Assembly: GCA_002633005.1 (NCBI GenBank)
Contig: NMRA01000302.1
Span: 126,180-190,179 of the forward strand
Length of the DNA stretch: 64,000 bases
Reading direction: 5' to 3'
From: Phoronis australis
Lineage: Eukaryota > Animalia > Phoronida
A model generated the notes under the pieces. It did no database searches, was not told where the DNA came from, and saw only the letters and a program-made list of their open reading frames with translations. Numbering within the stretch: the stretch's first letter is position 1; every line of letters starts with the position of its first letter. Of the stretch, positions 21,601 to 32,273 are shown piece by piece. Both the position numbers and the translations under genes were made by a program.

Positions 21601-24449
21601 ACTATTGCTCCACATTTCAGCTTTTCGACGCCGCAACATTGGATCAGCACAAAACATACAAGACTGAACGTCCCGTAAATTCAGCTGCCATCTCGCCTCT
21701 TAAAGACCACGTAAGTAAATAAAAGCCCATGAACCAAATAATTTGTTGTGTCTCCTGATAAAGCAGTTGCCAATTGAATGACTATCTTTTCACCCAATGG
21801 GATACTTTCTGATGGTTTGGAAATATTACAATGGCCAGAATCATAAATGCTCTGGCCTATCTGGTAATTTAATGTAGCATAAATACAATGGCGAGAGGTT
21901 TCATCTACGGTCAACAGTCAGTAACCCTCCAAGTACTACGAGGACCACCCTGTGACCTGTCTATCTTGATGGTGGCCTTATAATTTGGACAAGAATGTAT
22001 TTTTCTTTTTGTTCTTGTCTTCTTGACCTGTAGAAAAGGGTTCATTAAGTTTACTGAGATAGATAGCCGTGTGAACTTTAGTTATCTAAACCGTGTGAAC
22101 TTAAGTTGTCCAACTGTGTAGAGGGCGATTGGTGATGGTAATGCGTCTTATGCCAGAAATGTGTTTCAGCATTGTACTTGATTGAACTCCAGTGTTCCCT
22201 GGAAAATCACGTATCCCGTGATTTCTGTAAATGTGATGAATATTATTTTTTTTCAGCGTAGCACACCAATTGATTGTAACTGTGGGAAGGAACATAAGAT
22301 ATCTTGTAGCAGTTCACAACTCAAATTTCAGCAATTCTTACAAAAAGTCCAAAAATATGTAATCGTAGTAGACAAGCCAAGGTATGCTGAGGCAGCCCGG
22401 CAGAAGGTATTATCTATTCGGTTTGTCACGCAATCCCTTGAATTAATTGCAGAATAATGGCGAGTGAAGCACTTATCTAAATTATCCCGCTGCTATGCCA
22501 AGGGAAATAATGTTCACGTTTATCCAAACAATGCTGAGTGCAATTGAGTTGAAGCCATTCGTTACCTACATCGAATACTGACACAAACTCTTACGTGTAT
22601 CCGACTTGTTCCCAGCATCCTCATGTGACCTAAATTTCCGAAGACTTCTGATTAAAAATCCAGAATTTTCTGTGGCTTGTTACAAAGTTAGTGCATTTTC
22701 CACGGAAAGTGATATAGTTGTTATGTTTGCGTATCATACGGGTTTGTGTGTGATCCCGTTCTCATTGCAACCTCAACACTTCACTATGTGGGTATACCAG
22801 TATCAGGTCACTTCATTGTCTTCCCTTCAGGTGGCGCACCATGTATTGCTGGGACATACTTTTAGTTCAATTGAACCTTCTTGTACAAAATCTGTTATTG
22901 CTCACTCACTCTCACTCTGCACAGGTGTTACTGGGAGGTGGTCAGGAGGCTATGAGTGTCACCACGACATCCGCACGGATCGGAAAATTTGACGCTAGGT
23001 TCTTCCACCTCATCCTGGAAGAGGAGTTTGGTCGAGTCAAGGGTCATTTTGGTCCAATCAACAGTGTCGCTTTCCATCCAGACGGAAAGAGGTAACATGT
23101 TATTTTCAACGTATGAATAAATATGGTAAAAATTCACCAATTTGGAACAGTGAATCTAATTATTTTGGTCAAGGTCAGAGCTTTTCCAAATTCTTGAAAT
23201 AAAACAATATTGACCATCCTAAATTCAAAAATCACCGAAAAGACGGCAAAGTTACTCATTATGTAGACTGGACACAAGTTGTCCGAAATTTTAGCAATAT
23301 GGTGAATGACAAAATCGCCCTTGCCCTAAATTCCAGAATCAAGAAAATTTTTGCAGTAATTTCCTTGTCCCAAAGTCTACAGACTGTCTCAAATTGGAGA
23401 ATTTTTACCGTAAACCCTTTAATATAGCCTTGTATGAAGCTGTTCTGATATGCCAATTTGTGTGCATGGGTCTGTATGAACATACAGGGCAGTATATGGA
23501 AAACGTGGAGTGCAAGAACTTGTGAATAATTTACTGTTACATATATTTTTATTACAAGTACACCATGTACTCCGGAAAGGTTGTTAAGTTTCTTTTCATG
23601 AAAGCTGTAGTAAACTGGTATTAGTTAGATCCAAGTGGATTGGGATTTTACTCCAGTAAGGCAAAATTTGACTGACCTGAAGAGCCAAGTTCACAACAAA
23701 CTGTGATATCCACTACCACTAGGTGGTGCTAATGAATGAAGTTCCCTCTTTTTAAAAACATATGAAGTGCAGAAAGCATTACATCATAATGGTTGTGTCT
23801 GTGTGCTAAGAGTCCCAGGTGACTATCCAATTCATACATTCATTCAGGTGGGAGTGTGTCTCATTAGCACCACCTGTTGGCAGAGAGCTTCAGTGACATG
23901 TCATCACCAACTCTTAGTTTCAAACAGGGCTTGGAATTTTCCTCTTTAAAGAGGATTTCTTCTTTTCTGGTTTTTATTTCCTTTTTCTTGATTCCCAGTT
24001 TACTTTTTTTCATCTCTTTTTATCATTACTTTGACTTTATTCATGCAAACACGTTTATTTCAGTTAAATCTTATGACACATAAAATATTTTTATCACACA
24101 ATTTTGTGGAACGATAGATCACCTGGAATTGTTTCCTCTTTTCTGTCATTAGTCATCCCAAGCCCTGTCATTAGTCATCCCAAGCCCTGTCATTAGTCAT
24201 CCCAAGCCCTGTCATTAGTCATCCCAAGCCCTGTCATTAGTCATCCCAAGCCCTGTCATTAGTCATCCCAAGCCCTGTCATTAGTCATCCCAAGCCCTGG
24301 TCTAATGAGTTCAAATATTTGTTGTGATCAAGTACAACTGGCTTTATCTGCTCTAAACATTTTTCAGCTTCAGCAGCGGCGGAGAGGATGGCTATGTCCG
24401 CGTTCACACGTTTGACCCAAACTACTTCCAGTTCGAGTTTGAGTATTGA
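14301..24449 (+). CDS. EIF3I: Eukaryotic translation initiation factor 3 subunit I; exons 14301-14303, 14712-14892, 18056-18121, 18828-18977, 20541-20668, 21007-21120, 21621-21710, 22925-23091, 24368-24449; 326 aa
   Basis: The spliced CDS is 981 nt: M|[26 protein letters not shown]...[17 protein letters not shown]...[12 protein letters not shown]...[25 protein letters not shown]...[20 protein letters not shown]...[25 protein letters not shown]. This is near-identical to eIF3i. Confidence 0.97.
15500..17105. repeat. Transposon-like region with about 9 dispersed GTAGTGTACGTACCC motifs and a ~340-bp internal direct duplication
   Basis: The motif occurs near 15512, 15665, 15684, 16024, 16183, 16353, 16372, 16717 and 17089. 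Segment 15684-16020 resembles 16021-16350. Confidence 0.7.
17234..17343. repeat. Tandem array of palindromic 19-mers (GTCCCTAAAATTTAGGGAC) ending in a MITE-like terminus
   Basis: About 4 units, then TTCATGCAACCGGGCACTG, which resembles the terminus of the MITE at 24614-24771. Confidence 0.7.
17430..17860 (+). repeat. Interspersed repeat; diverged direct copy at ~19920-20390
   Basis: Shared blocks in both eIF3i introns: TGACGTCGAAAAAA, GAGCAATTCC..TTC.GTCTGTTT, ATTTCAC.AAATAAACAGA, ATTTAAAGTTTG, CCACAAA and GGTC.CCAAAC.CAATCTGA. Confidence 0.65.
18470..18720. repeat. (ATT)n/(ATC)n low-complexity microsatellite
   Basis: Runs of ttattattattatt and atcattatcatt. Confidence 0.85.
24143..24299. 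repeat. Minisatellite: 7 perfect copies of the 22-bp unit CTGTCATTAGTCATCCCAAGCC
   Basis: Copies start at 24143, 24165, 24187, 24209, 24231, 24253 and 24275. Confidence 0.97.
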
Positions 24450-24613
24450 TGACGACAACTGTCTAGAGCATGGGAGGTTTTTTTCTTATTCAACTCGTGA
24501 GCATTGTTGCTATGTATAAAAAGTGGAAGTCTGACAATAAATAATTTTATTGATAAATAGATTACAGATTGTTTATCATTTTTGAGGTCAACAGTCAACA
24601 AGAAAGCTATACA

Positions 24614-24771
24614 CCAGGGCCCAGTTGCATAAAAGTTATACGCCGTATAGCAACAATGACGTTGCATAATCACGCGTCATGTTGTTATTGTTGAACAATG
24701 CACCTGACGTCATGCAACAATCAAACTTATCCAGTGGATAACTTTTGAAGCTTTATGCAACTCAGCCCTGG
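24614..24771. mobile_element. MITE (possibly PIF/Harbinger-derived) just downstream of the eIF3i stop
   Basis: Imperfect TIRs CCAGGGCCCAGTTGCATAAAAG / CTTTATGCAACTCAGCCCTGG, with CWG at the ends. Confidence 0.65.
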
Positions 24772-25920
24772 GGTACTGTTTCATGAAACTATTTTAGTTT
24801 TAACTTTGACCGGAATTATTTTTTACAGTGCTGTCAAGTTCCATCATGTGACATTGCGCTTGTTGAACTCCAAATTTTTATTACTACGTGTTTGCAGTGG
24901 ATGTAATTTGACTCAGAAGGTAGAGTTGGTGTGATTTTGATAAAGATTGTCACTATACAAATAAAAAACAGTCAGCCTTTATAAAGCCTGTCATATCCAG
25001 TGCACTTTGAGAAGTTCCACAAACCAAATTTTTAATCCAGGATTTGTTAGTACATGGTTTGCATATGGGTGGGTCCATTTTCAGTAATTCCATGTACGTA
25101 AGTGAGCCAATAACAAGTTAGAGTGAATGATTGACTGAAACAACACATTTACTGCTTGTCAATCTGCATGGAATGGTTGGCACGAAACCTGAATCTGTTA
25201 CAGGGAGCACTAGATTGTCTTTCAGTGGTAAATAATAATTTGTAGCTTCAGTAAAAAGTACAGATTCACTTAATAAGAGTGCTACAAAGAGCATTGCAAC
25301 ATAACAAAGCAGTAATCGGCAATGAATTTTTAAACGTTTTGAGAAGGTGGAAGGCATTTTTCACAGACTCTAACAAGTGTATAACAATGATTCTTTAAAA
25401 AATACAATCGCAAAAACTGCATTCCTAAACAATAGAATATGCATGGAGTGGTTCAGTAGTGAGAATGTCAAACATTTAAATTTTAACAATTTCACCCGGG
25501 TCTATAGCGATTGAAACTGAAGTGTGTTGGACAACATTAGGCATTTACATTTAGCCACCAGACAACTTTGGAAATGGTAAGTTGCATCGTTGGTTGCCTT
25601 TAAACCTTGAATAATCCGTGGATTGAATTCATTTTTCATCTCTTGGCAAAACCAAACGGAAATTGTCAGAAACGATTCAAATTGACTTATCATTAAATTT
25701 AATTGTGGCTCTTTCAATATTTTTATGGATTTAGGAATACAGTTGACATGTACGCTCTGCAGAACAGCTGAATGAGTAGGCACTCTACCCGATTTGTCAG
25801 AGGCGTATCACTGCGACTATGTACGTCCCTCATTTGTGCTAACAAGTTCACCACCAGCACGCAGCAGGTTTCCACTTTGTCTCACTGGCCTTCGACAAGT
25901 GGTGTTACCGTGGTGTTGTC

Positions 25921-28900
25921 TTATTTCCTTTTGTCCGGTGTTTTGCCCGATACTTTTCGGCTGGAGTCCTTTCTCTTGTCCTTGTTCACAGCTAGTGGTG
26001 TTTTGGTCGAGAACCGTGGTGGCGGACCTGGGACAGCAATAGAGTTCTCACAAACACTAATACAAAATATGTGAAGTAACATCATACTGCAAAGTGTTCT
26101 TTTTGTCGTCTCAATTATACGGCAAGATTAACATCGAAAGTCTGCCGGTGTGTGCTTAGTGTGCTAAAAACAAATACGGTAAGGTTTATTATGTATTGGC
26201 TCTTAGCAGCTGGAATGCAAATGAATCACTCGTGAAAACCATGTTCAGAGCAAAGAGCTCGCAATTTTTAATTAGCGGGCAACCTGCAAACCTTTCCCGA
26301 CAGGTACTGTCGGTTAAAACAGTACGATGACTCGCATACAGTATAAGACGAAGTATTTGGACAAAATACCGTATCCCCGTCATGACGACTAACTCTTTAA
26401 AAAGCAAAAGTGACCGGCAATAACTATTTGGGCGTTCTAATTCTAATAACTATTTGGGCGTTCTAATTCTAATAACTATTTGGGCGTTCTAATTCTAATA
26501 ACAGAATAGGGAAACTACTCTGACGAGGAATTTTGACTTCTGCTCAGCTGTCATGACAAGGCATTCTGGGTAATTTTGTTTGAGTAATAGTTATGGTGTG
26601 TACTCACAGTGGGTCGAATACACCTAAACAGCAAGATTTTATTTTTTTAAGATGAAATTGAACTTATCTGAAGGTCTTTATAGTGCAAAATCATACGGTG
26701 GACTTTTATCTGAGTTATAGAGTGTAGGATATATGTGGGCACGGTTGTATCCAGCCTGCCTACCTAGTTCAGTAGGCCTTGGTAGTGAGACCATGTCTAG
26801 CTTGATGTCTAGCTCATCTCTTGTGTCGTCTATGATAGCATTCAAGTCATCGGTGACTGACGAGACGTGCTTGTCTAATACTTGTTTCATGATCTTGATG
26901 AATTCCTGTTTTAAGACATAAAATATAGGGGTTAATAGTAACAATCTCACCATTTTTGTCAAAATTTATTGCAAAAGTCATCCTTTTTTGTTTTTAAGAG
27001 CTTTTAACATCATTGTGAAAGTCAATTAACATAAATTATAGTAGTTTGTTTTAATCATTCACGGAATTTATCCACCATTAGCAAAGTGCTCATTACGAAA
27101 GATTGTGCAAAACTGAATACTTCTCTATCTATCTGCCTGTCAGGCCCCTCTTCCTCAACAGATGTCTCCACCAGTTGGTCAATGGTTTCCTTCTTGGACT
27201 GCAATCTCTCCTCTACAGCCACCATCTTTTCTCCCTCCCTCTGCTCTATCTCCTTATACTTCTGATGGTATTCCCAGATGTGGTTTGGCGTGGCTGAACT
27301 AAGTTTCTCCGGAGGTACACATAGGTGAATGTCTAACTCTGTGTGCGGACTGAACACTTCTCGATCTTGGGTCATCACAAACTGGTATAGCTTAAAGTGT
27401 TTCATGTATGTCATAAAAAAGTACTCGGTGAGCATCTTGAGATTGGCTTCTCCAAATATGGTGGCGTACTGTGCGACTTTGTCTCTGTAAATTCTTATAG
27501 CTTCTGGTAAAGTAACACCTACAAACAGCAACACGAATTTACAAAAATAAAAAATCATTGGCAAAAAAATGACTATATGAAATAACAAATGGGAAGTATG
27601 TTTTAAACAACAATGATTGTCTAAATGCTGACAATAAAATTTTTGCCACATTTAAGTGCCAAGTAGATCACAATATTTCATAATCTTAAGAAAATTAACA
27701 TCAGTCACCAAAGGCCATTTAAAATCTGTTGACTTATACATCCATAAAGCGGCAAGTTAGTGGATGTGAGTCGAGATTTTTGGCTGGTAAGTCATGTGTT
27801 GTAAGTAGGGCATGAGTCGGTGAACAGAGTTTATAGCTGGGGAGCACTTGAACAGTACATGTTCATAAGTGAAGTATTAAGAATAAGTCTGCAAGCCATG
27901 TTGTTCAGGGATACTACATGGGCGGCCCAGCATTGAAAAAAGTGGGGGCTATAACCCCCCAGACCCCTATGGTGTGCCCCCCCCCCCTTTCGTGAACAAT
28001 TGAAAAAGACTCCTTAAATTTACACTATTACACACTACACTCATGGATGGAATGGAATGGACTGCTTCTTGTCAAGTTTTATTACTATCTGCCAACCTTG
28101 TGTTTCCAGTTGTATTTCAGCAGCCACTTGCAAAGCAGAGCACACTTGATTCCAGGGAAATCCTTTGTTTGATGCAAAAACTAAAATATCGTAGTAATAG
28201 TCCAACAACACACTCTGTCTCATCTCGCTGCCTTCATCGATTTCGCTCCAATTGAGAAATTTCTGCAGCTTCCGTCTCCCTTCACCTTTCTGTGAAAAGA
28301 AAAAGAGTAATTGGTGTTGTGTGTAATAAGAGATACATGTAGATTGATTGGTTGCAAATTTCATTGAAAAAAAGCATTAGAGTATATACATGCAAAGGCA
28401 TATATGGATGACACCAAAAATTCTAGTATCTTACTTATCCTGTAGTCCTCAAGTGAAGTACAAAATAAGATTAAATAAATTACACTTTTACAAACAATAA
28501 CAGTTGACAAAATGAAGTAAAGTTGAAGAACTACATTTCAGTATTGGAGATGGATAAAGATTGGCTGCCAAAAGTGGTCAAATGTGGATCTAGTTTACTA
28601 TAGCTTTCATAGGTATTTTTACAACGACCATGATGGGTTTTACGATGCTGAAAGTTCATGGAGAACAAGAAATTATGCGATAGTTAACTGGTCTGAGATT
28701 TGCATGAGTTCGGGAAGTCTGGCTTTAAGAAAAACAGTGTTTACATATGACTCATTGTGGAAGGTAGCAAATGTACTCGTTGACAGACTGGAAAAGATCA
28801 ATGGCTCATCATGCAATCTCACTATTTAGCCTGTATGCTTGAAGGGGATATGACGTCATATCTCCTGTCAAGAGTGGTGTAAAAATACCCAGCTGCTGAT

Positions 28901-29543
28901 TTGGGCAAATGACTGCTCGAAAAACATTTGATTACAGGAGTATTTGTTTGAGTTGGAAGGAATTATCGAAAACCTCCTAATGTGTCCCTCAGTGCCATGC
29001 AAAATGTACTTATAGTTATAGTAACGTGACTGGGATGTTTTAATCAGTGTGAAGCATAATTCGCCGAAAAGCTTCCGATAGACAACGTATCTAGTGCTTA
29101 GTCCTAGAGACAGTGCAGTCGGCTACGAGTACTAGTGCCAAGTAGTGGAGTGTGGCATATCCAGCCTATCAAGACAGTACTGAGTTTGTGAATTCTGTTG
29201 ACTGGCCTGTCATCAAATTGTGACTAAATAGGAAGGCATCCAAAATTTTTGCCGTTTAACTTAAGCCCTCTGAAGATTATAAACCTGGCGCTTACGGCTT
29301 TAGCCAGTAGCCTAGGTTGTGCCTTGTGGACCATCGCCGCGCCGTGGCCATGAGTTTTGCGATGTGTAACATGTTTTTAACACTATTGTATTGAACAAAA
29401 TGCACTCCTCAAGATTTACTTGACTAGATAAACGCTGAATAATTTTGAAATGTACAGTTACACTTGACTGTCAAGGGAGGATAACGTAAACGTACCGCAA
29501 GAGAGACTACGACTTTAGCCTGGTCTGTTGTTATCGACGCCAT
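25921..29543 (-). CDS. C8orf74: C8orf74-like uncharacterized protein; exons 29543-29496, 28289-28097, 27518-27121, 26905-26764, 26027-25921; ~295 aa
   Basis: The spliced CDS is 888 nt: MASITTDQAKVVVSLA|KGEGRRKLQKFLNWSEIDE...RQSVLLDYYYDILVFASNKGFPW...EYFFMTYMKHFKLYQFVM. This matches the C8orf74 pattern GRxxLxxxLNWxE, GFPW and HYKLYQYV. The last exon choice is less certain. Confidence 0.82.
26419..26502. repeat. 3 perfect tandem copies of the 26-bp unit AATAACTATTTGGGCGTTCTAATTCT
   Basis: Seen directly in the sequence. Confidence 0.95.
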
Positions 29544-30397
29544 GATTGTTGCTACAGGGAAGTGTACTGCTTTACCGATAGATGACACGCCGCTCGCTGT
29601 GAAGTTTCTCTGATCTACCGATAGAGTACACTACATTTGACAGACCTCAATTCAGTGAGGAAGCCCGCACACTAAGTCAGCAGAACTCCCGCACCGAAAA
29701 ATTAGGCGGAGGGTGGTCGTACAACAATTGGTTATAGATCTGGGACAAAACAATGATTTATAGTAACGCCTACAACAAATTCTTCAAGTTTCCATATTTA
29801 CGATATTTTATGCTACAGTAATTGGTCTCGTTTTTCGGTTTTCAGTGTTTTTTACAGAATGCAGCAAATACAAGTGACGGTTTCCGGCGATTAAGTGTTC
29901 GTTTTGACACTCATTCAGTTGACATCTGTTTATTCTGAAACGTTATACGTATATAGAAAATAAAATAGAAGTGTGAGTGGACGTATAAACCAGTAGTTAC
30001 AAAGATCAAAACACACTAATATGTTTCACTGATCATTTTGACCAGTTTCTATTGGCCTGTCCTGCTCGTGAGCTCCGTGACGTGCAAATTTAATATTGCC
30101 ATGGGTTGTTATGAGAATCACCTGAACAAAACTTAAAAAGCGACGCATGAACATAGGATGCTGTCGTAGAACTGGCCGTTATCGCTATCTGGGTGAACTT
30201 TTTACTGTTTCGAAAGTGTGAATCGTCGTCAGCTCGTTGCCTGCGGTTGATAAGAGTTATTCTTCGGACACTATTGTAACTTGAATCAACTTGAAACCGA
30301 ACTTTCAGCTTACGTGCACCAGCCGCCATTCAGTTCCCAGTTTCACACGTAAATCTATGCCTTTACGCATTCGATTGTAAAAAATCGGTATTTTTCG

Positions 30398-30485
30398 GGA
30401 CCATACAACGTGCCTGCATTTTGAGAACCATTTTTCTCCACGGGCAGGCAAACTGGTTCTCAAAATTGGGCACATTATATCCGAC
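30398..30485. mobile_element. ~100-bp hairpin MITE; family member also at 40107-40207
   Basis: AACGTGCC...TTTTGAGAACCA / TGGTTCTCAAAATTGGGCACATTATATC inverted arms, similar to 40107-40207. Confidence 0.5.
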
Positions 30486-32273
30486 TATTGCCGAAATTCT
30501 TCAGGGCCGGGGTGGGGGCTGTGAGAGAGGGTGGTGAATAAATTATGCTGCACCATAAAACCGTGATGGATGTATAAGCAACATTATGGCAAGGGTATTT
30601 CTAGACGGCCTCTGAAAGGAATAAAAGAGGAAGGGGCTACCAGTTGTAAGACAAGAACTCCATTACACCATCAATTATACATGCATTGTTCTATTCCGAC
30701 CCGGTAATATCCCGGGTTGCGGTATCATGGGGTGAGGGTGAATTCCGTGTGGGCGTAGGATTTTCGAGATTTGGAAGTCGCCAGTATTTTCGCCCCGTTG
30801 AACCCCCCCCCCCTTTCATGATCGGTCGTCAATTGCTTTCCATAGATTTTTCTGTTGCCGTTTTCAGGGCCGGGTAGCTGGCAGTCAACTTTATGTGTGG
30901 CCGGGTGGCCAAGCGCCTCTGCTTTATACGTGTAAATGTTTGCATTTGGACGTAAATCAGTTTGCCATCTCAGTAATAAATTTAACCATAAATTGTTCAA
31001 CTATTCCTCGACAGTTAGAAAATGGCTTAGTCTTGTTGGGATTGGAAGGAAAATGTCAGACAGTAAGAATAGAAAACTGCTACGATTTGGCGACAGTTTA
31101 CCAGATACACGTAAGTGATCGTAGTAAAACTATATTTCACTGCAGGATATCAAACTATTTTACTATTTACGTCTAATTATTTCTCATTGTGGTAAGAGGT
31201 TTAAGATTTTCATTTCCTTATGCTTAGAGGAACACTCTGCCTTTTGTGGCCTTCGAAAAACAAAGTAATACGTCAAGTGGTGATATGTGTTGAAGGTGTT
31301 GTCAATAACGTTTTATGCTTAAATTTTATTTCACGCTACACTGATTTACAAAAGCACGTCACTGTCAAAAATAAAATTCTCTAAAACTTTAGTTCACACT
31401 AAAATATATTACTCAAAGACTGTGTTGCATAAAAAGTGACTTTTAAAATACATCAGCGGCATATGATGCGTGACGTTAAAGACACAGTTGAGGAAAAGAA
31501 CTGAGACGCACGATGACGTCCATGCACTCTTGCGTACAAAATTTGAAACCTATGTACTAAATTGGTTCCTACACATAATTTTAACGTAGCCGGGCCAGGA
31601 AAACCAATTCATTGTTTTAAAGCCCGATGCAGCACCATCTTTGTCTGTAAACCATCGTTTTGGTTAAAGTTTAGGGCATCTCTGCTTTTTATTGTTTAAT
31701 ACGGCGGGTTACTGTTCCTAATTAAGCACGATAACACTGAAGATCAAATGGAGTTCCTTCCTTCTTTCAAAACAAGATTCCGCGCCGCTAACTCGATTTA
31801 TTCCAGGTTGTAAGTGCGGATGGCTTGCTACTGTACATAGCGCTGCATAGGACTTAAAAATTCTATTGACAAATGCGATAAGTACGTGTAGCTAATCACA
31901 GACACGGGGCATCAATAAAAACCACAAGATAATTAATACAATGGTACAATGGCAAATATTAGCAAAATTTGGAATGGTTCTCCATAATTATACTCCCGCC
32001 TAAAACAAGCGGTCACTAAATATATTTACCACTAACAAGCAAGTGCACTAGAAATAGGAAGCAGTAAGACGTGGACAACAAAAACGACGCCAGAGGACAG
32101 CACAAAAACGACGTTTCGATACTAATCAAATATCATCATCAGACACAATATTAGACAGATAACACATCACAATGAATGGCCAAAAACCAATATTAAAAAG
32201 AAAACATCATATCGTTCACCCAATAGGATAATGATAAATAATTTGACAAAACGCTTGAGTTGTCTGTTTAAAG

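Noticed and set aside
22445-22545. Possible box C/D snoRNA (terminal AATTGCA/TGCAATT stem and CTGA)
   Set aside because: Box C is a poor match (ATAATGG) and I could not identify an rRNA or snRNA antisense element.
24143-24299. CRISPR-like repeat array
   Set aside because: Head-to-tail identical units without spacers, in a eukaryotic intron, with no cas genes.
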